Notes: generated by a model not told the origin, from the letters alone. A stretch of DNA of 64,000 nt from an uncultured archaeon (GCA_963817525.1 CAWFOU010000001.1:1101902-1165901); one strand, 5' to 3'. Shown: positions 18,794 through 30,600, counted from the stretch's first letter. Program-made: numbers and translations.

Positions 18794-21700
18794 AGAGTGC
18801 GCTGGTCCTCGGAAGCGGGGCAATAAAGATCGGAGAAGCAGGTGAAAGCCGCTAGGCGGCCGCCAGTTCGACTACTCCGGTTCTCAATGCCTCAAGGCGC
18901 TTCGCGAGGAGGGGATACGCTCCATACTGGTCAACCCGAACATCGCGACAATCCAGACCGACGAGAGGATGGCGGACAAGATCCACTTCCTCCCGGTCAA
19001 CCCTGAGTTCGTGACTGACGTCATCGAGAAGGAGCGGCCCGAGGCTATACTCCTCGGGTTCGGGGGACAGACTGCCCTCAACTGCGGGGTGAACCTCTCC
19101 CGGATGGATGTGCTGTCAAAGTACGGGGTGAAGGTGCTCGGGACCCCGGTGAGGGGGATCGAGGTCACCGAGGACCGCCAGCTCTTCAAGGACACCATGC
19201 TCGAGATCGGGATAGCCTGCCCGAGGAGCAAGCCCGCCTACTCCATCGCGGAGGCTCACGAGGTCGTCAAGGAGATAGGCTACCCCGTGATAATGAGGGT
19301 CGCGTACACGCTCGGCGGCCGCGGCGGTGGAGTCGCAAGGAACGACAGGGAGCTCGACGAGATCGTCCAGAGGGGGCTCAACCTCAGCATGGCGCGCCAG
19401 GTGCTGATCGAGGAGTATATCGGCCACTGGAAGCAGATAGAGTACGAGGTGATGCGGGACGCGGACGACAACGGGCAGATAGTCTGCAACATGGAGAACG
19501 TCCTGAGCATGAGGGTGCACACCGGGGACAACATCGTGGTCGCCCCCTCGCAGACGATATCCAACCGGGAGTACCACATGCTCCGGTCGCTCTCCCTCAA
19601 GGCGGCGAGGAGGTGCGGGATAGTGGGCGAGTGCAACATGCAGTTCGCCCTCGAGCCCGAGTCCGAGACATACCGCGCCATCGAGATCAACGCCCGCCTC
19701 TCGAGGTCTTCCGCGCTCGCGTCCAAGGCGACGGGCTACCCCATCGCGTACATCGCGGCCAAGATCTGCCTGGGTTACTCCCTGACGGAGCTGAAGAACA
19801 AGGTCACGGGGGTGACCACGGCGATGTTCGAGCCCTCGCTCGACTACTGCGTCCTGAAGATGCCCCGGTGGGACACCAAGAAGTTCGAGGGCGCGTCGAG
19901 GGGGATAGGGACGGCGATGAAGTCGATAGGGGAGGTGATGGCGATAGGCAGGGGCTTCGAGGAGGCGGTGCAGAAGGCGTCGAGGATGCTCAACATCAGG
20001 TACGACGGCGTGATAAGGCGCCTGCTCGAGGAGGACGACGTAGAGGTCCTGAAGGCCAGGCTCAGGAACCCCACCGACCAGATAATCTTCGACGTCGTGG
20101 AGGCCCTGATGGTCGGGATACCCGAGGACGAGGTGGCGAGGCTCAGCGTCATCGACCCGTGGTTCGTCAGCAAGCTGAAGAAGATCGTGGACGCCTACCG
20201 GAAGGTGGAGCTCAGCGGGAGGGAGGGCGTCGACCGCGACCCGGAGGTCCTCCTGGAGGCGAAGAGGCTCGGGTTCTCGGACAAGCAGATAGCGAACGCG
20301 GTCGACATCGACGAGGACGACGTGCGCGCGATGCGCGAGAGGATGGGGATAGTCCCGAAGGTCAAGGCGATAGACACGCTCGCCGCGGAGTGGCCGGCGC
20401 GTACCAACTACCTCTACGTGACCTACAACGCCTCGACCGACGACGCCAAGCCGACCGACAAGAGGAAGATCATGGTCCTCGGCGCGGGACCCTACAGGAT
20501 CGGGAGCTCCGTGGAGTTCGACTGGGGGACGATGAACATGGCGTGGGCGTTGAAGGAGAGCGGGAAGGTCGACGAGATAATCGTGGTGAACTGCAACCCC
20601 GAGACGGTGTCCACGGACTTTGACATGAGCGACAGGCTCTACTTCGAGGAGCTGACCGCGGAGCGGGTGCTCTCCATCTACGAGAGGGAGAAGCCGATGG
20701 GCGCGGTCCTTTGCGTGGGCGGGCAGACCCCCAACGACCTCGCCCTCGAGCTCGACAAGAAGGGCGTCAACGTGATGGGGACGAGCGCCGAGTCCATCGA
20801 GAGGGCGGAGGACAGGGAGAGGTTCGCGTTCCTCCTCGACAAGATAGGCATACCCCAGCCCGCGTGGGGGAGCTTCAGGTCGATGAAGCAGGCCCGCCAG
20901 TTCTGCGACAAGGTCGGGTACCCGGTCATCGTGAGGCCGTCGCACGTCCTCAGCGGGTCGGCGATGAGGGTCATCTGGGGCAGCAGGGAGCTCGAGAGCT
21001 TCCTCGCAAAGGCCGCGGAGGTCAACCCCAACTACCCGGTGACGATAAGCAAGTTCCTCGAGGACGCGAAGGAGGTGGAGGTGGACGGCGTCTCCGACGG
21101 GGAGACCACGGTCATCGGCGCCATAATGGAGCACGTCCAGAAGGCGGGCGTCCACTCGGGGGACGCGATAATGACCATCCCGACGGTCTCGGTGAGCGAG
21201 GCAGCGAAGGCGAAGATACGCGACTACACGCGCGCGATCGCGAAGGAGCTGGGCGTCAAGGGGCCGTTCAACATCCAGTACCTGTGCGTCAAGGACGACG
21301 TCGAGGTGATAGAGTGCAACCTCCGCGCGTCGAGGTCCCTGCCGTTCGTCTCCAAGGCGACGGGGGCGAACCTCATCAAGCTCGCCGCGAACGTCATCCT
21401 CGGCGGGACGCTGGAGGGGATGGGCGACGTCCCCGAGCCCAAGCAGTTCGCGGTCAAGGCGCCACAGTTCTCGTTCATGCAGATGGAGGGGGCTGAGCCC
21501 ACGGTGGGGGTGGAGATGCGCTCCACCGGGGAGGTCGCGTGCTTCGGCAAGACCCTAGCCGAGGCGATGAGCAGGGCACTGATAGCCTCGGGGCTCAAGA
21601 TACCGTCCAAGGGGGGGACGGGGATAATCCTGGCCGACGAGGACTCCGACCTGGGCGAGGCGAAGGCCCTGATAGAGGGTTTCAAGAGGGCTGGGATAGG

Positions 21701-21959
21701 GTTCGTCACTACCGAGTCGCTCGTCCCGACCCTCAGGGACGCGGCCAAGGTCGCGACCGTGGAGGCCATGCTCGAGATGATCAGCAAGGGCGAGGCGGCC
21801 TTGGTCCTCTCGCTCAACACGAACCTCAACAAGGTGAGGAAGGACCTCTACAAGGTCAGGCGCAAGGCGGTCGAGCTCCAAGTGCCGTTCCTGACCACGG
21901 TGGAGGAGGGAGAGGCGGTCCTCCTCTGCGTCCGCTCCCCGTTGAAGACGCTCAGCTGA
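18790..21959 (+). CDS. carB: Carbamoyl-phosphate synthase large subunit, join(18790..18846,18867..21959), 1049 aa after removing a 20-nt intron
   Basis: GTG overlapping the carA stop gives VKSALVLGSGAIKIGEAGE; after the 20-nt insert the frame continues FDYSGSQCLKALREEG..VNPNIATIQTD into the 996-aa ORF. Confidence 0.95.
18847..18866 (+). other. Candidate bulge-helix-bulge (BHB) mRNA intron in carB
   Basis: GGUG/CGCC 4-bp central helix, AAA and AGU 3-nt bulges, GCCGC/GCGGC inner stem; canonical cuts give an in-frame GAA|TTC junction. Confidence 0.85.
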
Positions 21960-21961
21960 CT

Positions 21962-23245
21962 TCAGGCCTTGCTCAGGCGGGCGAGCAGCCCGTCGATGGG
22001 GACCCTCTCCTCGGCCCTGCTCCTCATGTCCCTCAGGACTAGCTGGCCGGTCTCCAGCTCACGCTTGCCGACGATGACCACCCACGCGAAGCCCCTCGCG
22101 CTGGCGTCCTCGAGCTGCTTCCCCAGGCTCTTGCCCTTCGTCCCGAGCTCGCTGCGTATCCCTCCCCTCCTCAGGGAGGCGACCGTGGAGAGCGCCTTCT
22201 CGGCGAGGGCGGCCTCCGTGTAGGCGACGTACACCGAGGTCTCGAGGTTCGCGCCGCCCGCCATGCGCCCCATCGACAGGGCGATCCTTTCGACCCCTCC
22301 CGCCGCACCCGTGGCGGGGAGGTCTGGCCTACCGAAGAGCTTCGGGAGGACGTCGTAGCGCCCTCCGCCGCAGAGTGAGCCGAGGTCAGGGTGCCTCCTG
22401 TCTACGACCTCGAAGACGATGCCGGTGTAATAGTCGAGCCCCCTCACTATGCTCAGGTTGTACTCGGCGCTCTGTATGCCCCTCGACCTGAGCGAGTCCC
22501 TCAGCGCGAGGAGCCCGCCGTCCCCGGAGGAGGCCAGCCCCAGCTCCTCGAGGCGCGAGCAGACCATGTCGGGGGAGCCCCTCGTCCTCCCGAACTTCAG
22601 GAGCTCAGAGAGAGACTCCCGGCTCACCCCTTTACGCGAGTACTCCTCGACCAGCTCCTCCTCGGTCTTCTTCTGGACCTTGTCGAGGGCCCTCATCATC
22701 TCGATCATCTTGTCGTCCGAGGAGACGCCCATCGACTTGCTGATGTAGTCCTCGACGACGCGACGGTCTCCCACCTCGAGGGAGAAGTCCTGGAGCCCGA
22801 CCTTCCTGAAGAGGTTGTAGCACAGGTCCATCACCTCCGCGTCGGCCTCGACGCTCTGGTCGCCGAATATCTCGACGTCCCACTGGTAGAACCACCTGTA
22901 TCTCGCGTGCTGGGGCTCGTCGTATCTCCAGACCCCGCCGTAGGAGGCGAGCTTTATCGGCGGCTTAAGGCCCTTCTTCGAGGAGACGTTGCGCGTCATC
23001 CCCACCGTGAGGTCGAATCGCAGCCCTATGTCCCGGTCGGCCTTGTCCTTGAAAGCGTAGATCTGCTCGTCGACCTGGCTCCCGCTTTTGGCCCTAAGCA
23101 CCGAGAGGCTCTCGAGGGGGCCGGGCTCCATCAGCTTGAAGTTGTAGGCGCGCGCGACCTCCTCGAAGGCCCGCCTGACCTTGAGGTGCAGGTCGAACTC
23201 TTCCGGCTCGATGTCCCGTATCCCGCGAGGCTGGGACAGGTCCAT
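21962..23245 (-). CDS. hisS: Histidyl-tRNA synthetase
   Basis: PRGIRD, LRFDLT, WRYDEPQHARYR, RGLDYYTG and GGGRYD motifs. Confidence 0.96.
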   Translation of the reverse strand: MDLSQPRGIRDIEPEEFDLHLKVRRAFEEVARAYNFKLMEPGPLESLSVLRAKSGSQVDEQIYAFKDKADRDIGLRFDLTVGMTRNVSSKKGLKPPIKLASYGGVWRYDEPQHARYRWFYQWDVEIFGDQSVEADAEVMDLCYNLFRKVGLQDFSLEVGDRRVVEDYISKSMGVSSDDKMIEMMRALDKVQKKTEEELVEEYSRKGVSRESLSELLKFGRTRGSPDMVCSRLEELGLASSGDGGLLALRDSLRSRGIQSAEYNLSIVRGLDYYTGIVFEVVDRRHPDLGSLCGGGRYDVLPKLFGRPDLPATGAAGGVERIALSMGRMAGGANLETSVYVAYTEAALAEKALSTVASLRRGGIRSELGTKGKSLGKQLEDASARGFAWVVIVGKRELETGQLVLRDMRSRAEERVPIDGLLARLSKA

Positions 23246-24220
23246 CTAGCTCGCCCCGGCGCCTGTGCGGAGCGCGGCCAGCTCGGCGAGGAGAGCGGTG
23301 AGCTGGATCTCCGGGTTGGCGCCCATCGCGAGGCGGTAGTCGTACTCTGCGAGTATCTTGATCGCCTCGGCGGTCTTCGCCCCCTCCCCCTTTGCGATCT
23401 CTTCGTTCGCGAAGCGGAGGAAGTCGGACTCCGGGATGCCGTAGACCCGGGTGAGCTCGACCAGCTTGAGCCTCGCCGCCCCAAAGTCACCCCCCAGGGC
23501 GAGCTTGACTATCTCCGCCGCGCGCTCCTTCACGCTGGTCCCCGTCGCGGCGTTCACCTTGTCGAGCGTCACCTCGGCGCCGCCGGCCGCCGCGGCCTGG
23601 AGGAGGTTGATCCCCTGCCTCAGGTCTCCGTCGACCGCCTCGCTTATCGCCTCCAGGACCTTCTCTGTCGCCTTCACGTCCTCGTTCTTCGCGATCTTCT
23701 TGAGGCGCGCCGTGAGCTCGTCCCGGCCTATCTTCTTGAAGCGGAAGATGGCGCACCTGCTCTGGATAGGCTCGATGATGTTAGAGGAGTAGTTGCATAT
23801 GAGGATGAATCGCGTTACCCTGGAGGTCTCCTCCATTATCCGCCTGAGCGCAGTCTGCGCATCGCGCGTCAGCTCGTCCGCTTCGTCTAGGATGACCAGC
23901 CTGAAGGGGACGCCCTCGCGCCTGTCCGAGTAGCTCGCGAACGTCTTTATGCGGTCGCGGACGGCGTCGATCCCCCTCTCGTCGCTAGCGTTGAGTTGGA
24001 GGGAGTAATCGTTGACGAGGTCGCCGAGCAATTCCCTCGCGATCACGAGGGCGGTCGTCGTCTTGCCAGAACCGGGAGGGCCCGCGAAGAGGAGGTGCGG
24101 GAGCTCGCCCTTCTTCTCGAGGAGGGGTTTCAGTCGCTCCTTGACCTCCTCCTGGTTGACGACGTCGTCGAGCTTGTGGGGCCTGTATCTCTCCACCCAC
24201 ATCAATGACTCGAGCGACAT
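23246..24220 (-). CDS. rfcS: Replication factor C small subunit
   Basis: WVERYRP, GPPGSGKTT, LNASDERG, LDEAD and SRC motifs. Confidence 0.96.
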   Translation of the reverse strand: MSLESLMWVERYRPHKLDDVVNQEEVKERLKPLLEKKGELPHLLFAGPPGSGKTTTALVIARELLGDLVNDYSLQLNASDERGIDAVRDRIKTFASYSDRREGVPFRLVILDEADELTRDAQTALRRIMEETSRVTRFILICNYSSNIIEPIQSRCAIFRFKKIGRDELTARLKKIAKNEDVKATEKVLEAISEAVDGDLRQGINLLQAAAAGGAEVTLDKVNAATGTSVKERAAEIVKLALGGDFGAARLKLVELTRVYGIPESDFLRFANEEIAKGEGAKTAEAIKILAEYDYRLAMGANPEIQLTALLAELAALRTGAGAS

Positions 24221-24321
24221 CTGTCAGGGTGCAGCTCCGGAGGTCATCACTAATAATCCGGCGGAGCCTTTTGAGTATATATCTGTCTTGGGAATGGGAT
24301 GGGAGAGGAAGGACAAGACCC

Positions 24322-25299
24322 TTGAGAATACTCCTGCTGGACGCCGAAGAGGTCGCGGAGGCCTGCCCCATGTCGGACTGCATCGACGCGATGGCGGACG
24401 TGTTCGCCCTCGAGGGCCGGGGCAAGGTGGACTCGCCTCTCAGGTCCAGGCTCGCCGCCCCCTCGGGGGACGTCCTGATCATGTCCTCGATGGCCGAGCG
24501 GGCCGCGGCTGAGGCGAGCGTCAAGGTGGTGAGCGTCTTCCCGAACAACAAGAAGGGGGTGCCCTCGACCAACGCGGTGACCATCCTGGTCGACGGGGAG
24601 ACCGGCGAGCCGAAGGCGATGCTCTCGGGCGGAGTGCTCACCGCGATAAGGACGGGGGCGGTGTCCGGGCTCTCCTGCAGGTACCTCGCCAGGAAGGACT
24701 CCGAGACCCTCGGGATGGTGGGCGCCGGCGGGATGGCGTATCAGCAGGTCAACGGCGTCGCCACCGCGCTTCCCTCGATGAGGAAGGTCAGGATATTCTC
24801 GATGGACAGCGCGGCCAGCAAGGCGCTGGCGAGGAAGTGCGCCGAGTCGCTCGGCCTGGACGCCAAGGTCGTCGATTCCGTCGAAAGGTGTGTCCGGAGC
24901 GACGTGCTGGTCACTGCTACGACCTCGAAGACGCCGGTCTTCAGGGGGACCGACGTGGAGGACGGCACGCACGTCATTGCGATGGGCTCCTACAGGCCCG
25001 AGGTGCGCGAGGTGGACTCCGACCTTGTGTCGCGGGCGTCCATCTTCGTCGACTCTAGGGAGGCGGTCCTCGAGGAGGCGGGCGACCTTCTCATCCCGAT
25101 CAAGGAGGGGAGGCTGACCAAGAGCGCGATAAGGGCGGAGATGTCCGAGCTCGTGAGCGGGAGGAAGCGCGGGCGGGCATCCGCGTCGGAGGTGACCTTC
25201 TTCAAGGAGGTGGGGCTGGCCTTCGAGGACAACGCGGCGGGCTGGCTCGCATATCGGCGAGCCCTGAAAGGGGGGATCGGAAAGTGGTCGGAGCTCTAG
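24322..25299 (+). CDS. Ornithine cyclodeaminase / mu-crystallin / alanine dehydrogenase family
   Basis: VKVVSVFPNN, LTAIRTGA, GAGGMA and FKEVGLAFED motifs; TTG 24322 chosen as start. Confidence 0.88.
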   Translation: MRILLLDAEEVAEACPMSDCIDAMADVFALEGRGKVDSPLRSRLAAPSGDVLIMSSMAERAAAEASVKVVSVFPNNKKGVPSTNAVTILVDGETGEPKAMLSGGVLTAIRTGAVSGLSCRYLARKDSETLGMVGAGGMAYQQVNGVATALPSMRKVRIFSMDSAASKALARKCAESLGLDAKVVDSVERCVRSDVLVTATTSKTPVFRGTDVEDGTHVIAMGSYRPEVREVDSDLVSRASIFVDSREAVLEEAGDLLIPIKEGRLTKSAIRAEMSELVSGRKRGRASASEVTFFKEVGLAFEDNAAGWLAYRRALKGGIGKWSEL

Positions 25300-25490
25300 A
25301 AAAGGCGCATGGACCTTACTGCAGCTGCGGCACTGGGTTATCAACTAAGAACCGCCCAAAGTCCGGGGACCGGCGGGCCTGAAGTTCGACCTCGCGCCTT
25401 CATCCCCCTCCCGAATCTCTGTCGAGAGGCAGGTCGCCCGAAGAGTTCTCCAAACCCGTTATTAGGAACGCGACCGCCGTCGAGCTCCAA

Positions 25491-26906
25491 ATGAAACGCA
25501 AGGAGGGAGCCTTCGTTGTCGCTCAGGCTGCCATTTTTGTCGGCGTCATCGCGCTGATAGCCCTCCCCGCGCAATCAATCAACCAGATGCAGGTCGAGAC
25601 GACGTCGACCTCGAGCGGGGGGCAACTCGCCTTCACTTCTGGGGTCTCGCCGCAAGGCCTCCAACTCAGGGTGATGCTGAATTCCAGCGGCATCCGGTCG
25701 CATGGAGTACTTCGGGCAAGCGTAGAGGTCCTCAACACGGTCAATCAAAACGTCTCGTTCTCGGGGGTGTCGGAAAACCAGAACATCTCGGAATGGAATT
25801 ACGACGACTACCTTTGCCCTGCATCCTTTCTTCTGGGCTTCGCCGTATTTCAGGGGCACTTTGCTGCCGGCAACATCTCTTCGGCGGGGCCTCCGCTGAG
25901 GGTTGTCCCCGATTTTGGCGTTCTTTGCCCGTCTAGCCCCATCTCTGGCGCGGTCACCTTCCTTCCGGGAGGGGACCGAGCCGTTGTGGGGTCTGGGGCC
26001 TTTGCCTATCAAGCGACCCTACAGCTCAACGCGACGACGAAATACATCAACGGCAATGAATTGGCCGGAGGAGGAGGGGAGTTTCACGGAGGAGCCAGTC
26101 CGGGACTCGTAGGATACTGGAACTACAGCGTTCCAGCCGCAGACGACATGAATTTCACCTCCCCCGGCTTTGTCTACTTCCCTCCCGGAGAATACACGAT
26201 AGCGGCCGCGGACGACTGGAACCAGTACGTCTACGCCGCCTTCGTGGTCGAGCCGTCACCGCCGGCTATTACGTTCGCCTCAGGAGCAACACCAGATGGG
26301 CTCCGACTCGAGCTTACGCTGAACGCCACCACCATGAGTTTCGGCGGGGCAATCACGGGGCAAATGAGGGTGGTGAACACGTTGGACCAAAACGTCACAG
26401 TCTCGGCCGTTCAGAGTCAGAACCTCACAACCTGGAGCAGTTACACCAACGTCTGCCCCCCGGGTTACTTCATGGGCTACGCTGTCTTCCCCGGGCACTT
26501 CACGGCGGGAAACATCTCCTCTGCGGGACCGCCTTTGGAGATGGTCCCTGGCGACACGGGAATGATATGCCCCCCTTCAGTATATCTTCCTCCAGATCCC
26601 CAGTCAAGCAGTCAGATTACTTTCCTACCTGGACCAGCCCTACAGACTAGGGCCAACGAAACCTTCGACATCAAGACAGTCTCTGGCTCATTCATAACAC
26701 CCTCCTACTTGATTCCCGACCAGCTCGGCGTTACCACAGTCCTCTCCAATACGCAGGAAAGCTGCGGCTGCACGACTCCAGGACTGGTTGGTTACTACCA
26801 AGATGTCGGTAACGGGATCTTCGTGCCCTTCTCTCACGGCGAGTATACCATCGTCGCCTGGGATGACTGGAACCAGTACGCCTACGCCACCCTCCTTGTC
26901 CTTTAA
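25491..26906 (+). CDS. Secreted or membrane-anchored protein with an internally duplicated domain
   Basis: N-terminal KRK plus hydrophobic segment; two ~200-aa repeats sharing AVF.GHF.AGNISSAGPPL, PGLVGY and GEYTI.A.DDWNQY.YA. Confidence 0.75.
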   Translation: MKRKEGAFVVAQAAIFVGVIALIALPAQSINQMQVETTSTSSGGQLAFTSGVSPQGLQLRVMLNSSGIRSHGVLRASVEVLNTVNQNVSFSGVSENQNISEWNYDDYLCPASFLLGFAVFQGHFAAGNISSAGPPLRVVPDFGVLCPSSPISGAVTFLPGGDRAVVGSGAFAYQATLQLNATTKYINGNELAGGGGEFHGGASPGLVGYWNYSVPAADDMNFTSPGFVYFPPGEYTIAAADDWNQYVYAAFVVEPSPPAITFASGATPDGLRLELTLNATTMSFGGAITGQMRVVNTLDQNVTVSAVQSQNLTTWSSYTNVCPPGYFMGYAVFPGHFTAGNISSAGPPLEMVPGDTGMICPPSVYLPPDPQSSSQITFLPGPALQTRANETFDIKTVSGSFITPSYLIPDQLGVTTVLSNTQESCGCTTPGLVGYYQDVGNGIFVPFSHGEYTIVAWDDWNQYAYATLLVL

Positions 26907-27087
26907 CGATCAGACTCTCCTCGATGAGGAGATTGTGCGGATCAGCTGAGGCAGACTCGAAATGGATGTGGAATGGATCTCATCGGCTCCGGTAGACGAG
27001 GGAAGATTATCGCGGTAGACTTTATTATGCGGGCCAAAGCGTTGTGCAGTCCCAGCAAAAAAAGGAAAGGAGTTGTTGATTTTTCTC

Positions 27088-27645
27088 TTGGAGGACGATG
27101 GAAACGAGGTAGCGAGGATATTCGAGCAGAGGGAGAGGGAGTTCCTCCTCGCGCCGGTGAGGGTTACAATGAGGACATCCACCGAGCAGCTAGAAGTCGG
27201 CGACCTGGTCCTCAACAAGGCCAAGGAGGGAGAGAGGGTCGAGATGCCCCGGTGGGTCGCCGAGGAGCTGGTGGAGCTGGACCTGGCCGAGACGCAGGAG
27301 GAGTCGTTCGACGTCGAGATATTCAGGGCGCTGACCAGGGAGAAGATACTCGCGTCCCCCCAGCTCTCCCCTCTCGAGCCCAACTTCTACATCCGCATGC
27401 GCAGGCGGATCGCCGCCGTGCGCGCCGGGGTGGAGAGGGGGAAGTATAGGAAGGAGGACTATGAGAAGCTGAAGAACACCAGCTACGACCTGATAGGGAG
27501 ACGGCTGAGCAAGCTCCTCTCGATGAGCTCATCGGCGAGCGTCAAGACAATCGCCGACAGGATCACGCCCGAGGAGAAGGAGTTCTTCTCGATGTCGAGC
27601 TCGCTTTCGACTTCCTGGAAGAAGGCCCTGCTCGGAGAGCAGTAG
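27088..27645 (+). CDS. GINS complex subunit (Gins23/Psf2-like)
   Basis: EGERVEMPRWVAEEL, LSPLEPNFY and RRLSKLL; directly upstream of mcm. Confidence 0.85.
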   Translation: MEDDGNEVARIFEQREREFLLAPVRVTMRTSTEQLEVGDLVLNKAKEGERVEMPRWVAEELVELDLAETQEESFDVEIFRALTREKILASPQLSPLEPNFYIRMRRRIAAVRAGVERGKYRKEDYEKLKNTSYDLIGRRLSKLLSMSSSASVKTIADRITPEEKEFFSMSSSLSTSWKKALLGEQ

Positions 27646-27666
27646 CGAGGAGAGTTCGACCCCGAC

Positions 27667-30600
27667 ATGGCGGTCTTGACGCGCGGGCTGTCCGAGCTAT
27701 TCGAGGAGTTCCTGAGGGGCTTCGAGGACAAGGACGGGGAGCGCAAGTACCAGGTCCTGCTCGCCCAGCTCGCCGCCTCTGGGTCCAAGTCGGTCATCGT
27801 CGACTACGAGGACCTCATCCACTTCAACACTGACCTCGCCGAGAGCCTGCTGAAGGACCCGGACAGGGCCCTGAGGGAGTGCAAGGCAGCTGCGTTCGAG
27901 GTCCTCAGCACTGAGAACCCCGGATACGCCAGCGAGATCAAGAAGAGCCTCACGGTGAGGCTCCGGGGCGTCACCGACAGGGTGAACCTCCGCAAGGTCG
28001 ACACCTCGCACTTGGACAAGATGATCGCCTTCGCGGGCATGCTCGTGAGGACGTCAGAGTTGCGACCCCTGCTGGTGGACGCGGCGTTCGTCTGCCCGGA
28101 CGGGCACACCACGAGGGTCGTGCAAGAGGGCCCAAGCATCAAGAAGCCGGCAAAGTGCGAAGGTTGCGACGAGACGAGGAACTTCGAGCTCGACCAGAAG
28201 GACAGCACGTTCATCGACAGTCAGATTCTCAGGGTCCAGGAACTGCCGGAAGAGCTTCCACCAGGTCAGCTCCCGCGGTTTTTTGACATCGACGTCGAGG
28301 GGGACATCGTGAACACGGCGAGGCCGGGAGACAGGGCCATCATGACGGGGATAGTGCGCGCCGAGCCGGACTTTTCCTTCGGCATTCCCAGAAGCAGGTC
28401 GTTCCGCTCGAAGATCGACGCGAACTACATCGAGGTGGTGGGGAAGGAGCCTAGCCAGATCCACATCACCAAGGAGGACGAGGCGATAATCAAGAGCATC
28501 GCCGCCGGGCAGGACGCCTATGCGAAGCTCATCAAGTCCATGGCGCCTGGGATCCTGGGGCACGACGCGGTGAAGGAGGCGATCCTCCTCCTGCTGGTGG
28601 GAGGGCCGCAGACGGTCCTGCCGGACGGGACTAAGCTCAGGGGAGACATCAACGTCTTCCTCGTGGGCGACCCCGGCGTCGCAAAGTCCGAGATGCTGAA
28701 GTTCGCGGCGCAGGTCGCGCCGAGGGGGATGTTCGCCTCGGGGAGGGGATCAACAGCGGCGGGGCTTTCGGCGGCTGTGATACGCGAGAAGAACACGCTG
28801 ATGCTCGAGGCGGGCGTGGTGGTCCTGGCAGATCAAGGAATTGCGTGCCTTCATCCAAATACAAATATAATATTCGACAATGACATTGTCAAAATTGGAG
28901 ACCTGGCGAGTCGTGTCGTATTCGAGAAAGCCAGGTCTGGAAAGGATGAAGTAGAGGTCGCCCTTCTCCAGGGCTCTGTTAATTCTCTCGACCTGAATAG
29001 TCTCTCAGTAAAGAGAACTGACAGCACAGTACTTCGGAGGAAGATGTTCAAAGGTAATCTCAAAGTCTTCCGACTCAAGAGTGGGAATTCGATAATGCTG
29101 ACTCCTGATCATTTGCTTCTGGAAGGCGATTCGATCACCTGGACACGCGCACAAGAATTCGCTGTTGGAGAACACGTTGTGGCCCCGCTAAGATTACCTT
29201 CATCCAACACTGATACGTACATCTGGGACATTCTCCCAGACGATGCAAAGCCGACTTTGGATTTCGAAGAAAGGGTCGAATTAACAGCGCTCATTCGTGA
29301 AAGATTTGGTACTCTCTCTGCAGCGTCTCGGGAGCTCGAGATTCCTCTCGTCAAGAAATCCAACTATGCTAATCTGAGACTAGGGCAGCTAAAGAAAATT
29401 GTGAGGGCGTTGAATGTCGAAAACAAATGGCGCGGAAGGTGTCTGAAGTACTGGAACACGCGGCTCAAGACACCCGTCATTACCCCGGAGGTGGCGTACC
29501 TCGTTGGGTTTGTTTTTGGGGATGGGCACGTCGCAAACAGGAGTGATGGAGGATTAGCAATCTCCATGCTCCAAGCTGATTGCAATGTCTCGTACATGAA
29601 TCGGTTCATAGAATTCTGGAGAAGAACCTTCGATTCTAGTGTGGGAACGGTGAGGTCAAAATCGTCAGCGATGATTCGAGGAAAGCGGGTCACATCCAGC
29701 GGTCAAACGGTTAACATTGGAAAGAGAATCTTTGAAGCCATCTACAAGTATCTGACTGAACAGAATCTGCAACATTGCCTCAGGCTCTCTGATTCTTCCA
29801 TCGCCGGTTTCGTATCCGGACTTATCGATTCTGACGGTTGTCTCTCAGAGAAGACCTGTAACAAGAACGGGAGATCTTTCAGTACATGGGAAATCGTGTT
29901 CGCTGTAAGCAATCAAGAACAGACGAACCTCAACCTTGGACTGCTGCTCAGAAGGTTTGGTTGTCTGGCCTTCGTACACGACACACGCCAGAATGTTTTC
30001 CACGTCTCAATTAGCAGCAGAAGAGATTGCAAGCTACTTCAGGAAAAAACATCTCGCCTCTCGGTCAAGATGAGCAAAGAGGTGCCAGAAAGGAAAGCCA
30101 ACATGCCAGGTGTCTCTGAACTTCTTCCTAAGAGGATCGTTGGTGATTTAATCCGAAACGGGTATCGCGATGTCCCTCGCGCCCCACTTCTAAAAGCAGG
30201 AGTTTGGTCGACCATCTACAGCTACATGCATGAAACACGGAATCCGAGAATGGGTCAGATACAGAAGTTGCTTGACCGAACTGGAGATATGCTCGAAAAA
30301 GATTGCGTGCAGAGCCTTTCAACATTAATTTGCGGGAACTACTTTCTGGATCAGATAACGGCTATCTCTGATGTTCCGTACGAGGGTTACGTTTACGACC
30401 TATACGTACCGGGTCAACACAATTACATTGCTGACGGTATCATAGTAGAAAATTGCATCGACGAATTCGACAAGATGAAACCGGAGGACAGGAGCGCACT
30501 ACATGAGCAGATGGAACAGCAATCCTACCACCCGTCCACCGAGGTGCTGCTTTCAAGCGGCAAGGTAAAGATCGGCGACTTTGTTGAGGAGGCGATCCGC

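Noticed and set aside
18969-21959. ORF-track CarB starting at ATG 18969, or carB as a pseudogene
   Set aside because: This start omits the conserved N-terminus, which is intact upstream; the only lesion is a precisely excisable BHB-shaped insert and the rest of the gene shows no decay
21962-24220. rfcS-hisS in-frame readthrough fusion (TAG directly followed by ATG)
   Set aside because: hisS has its own ATG and both proteins are full length; this is ordinary tight operon packing
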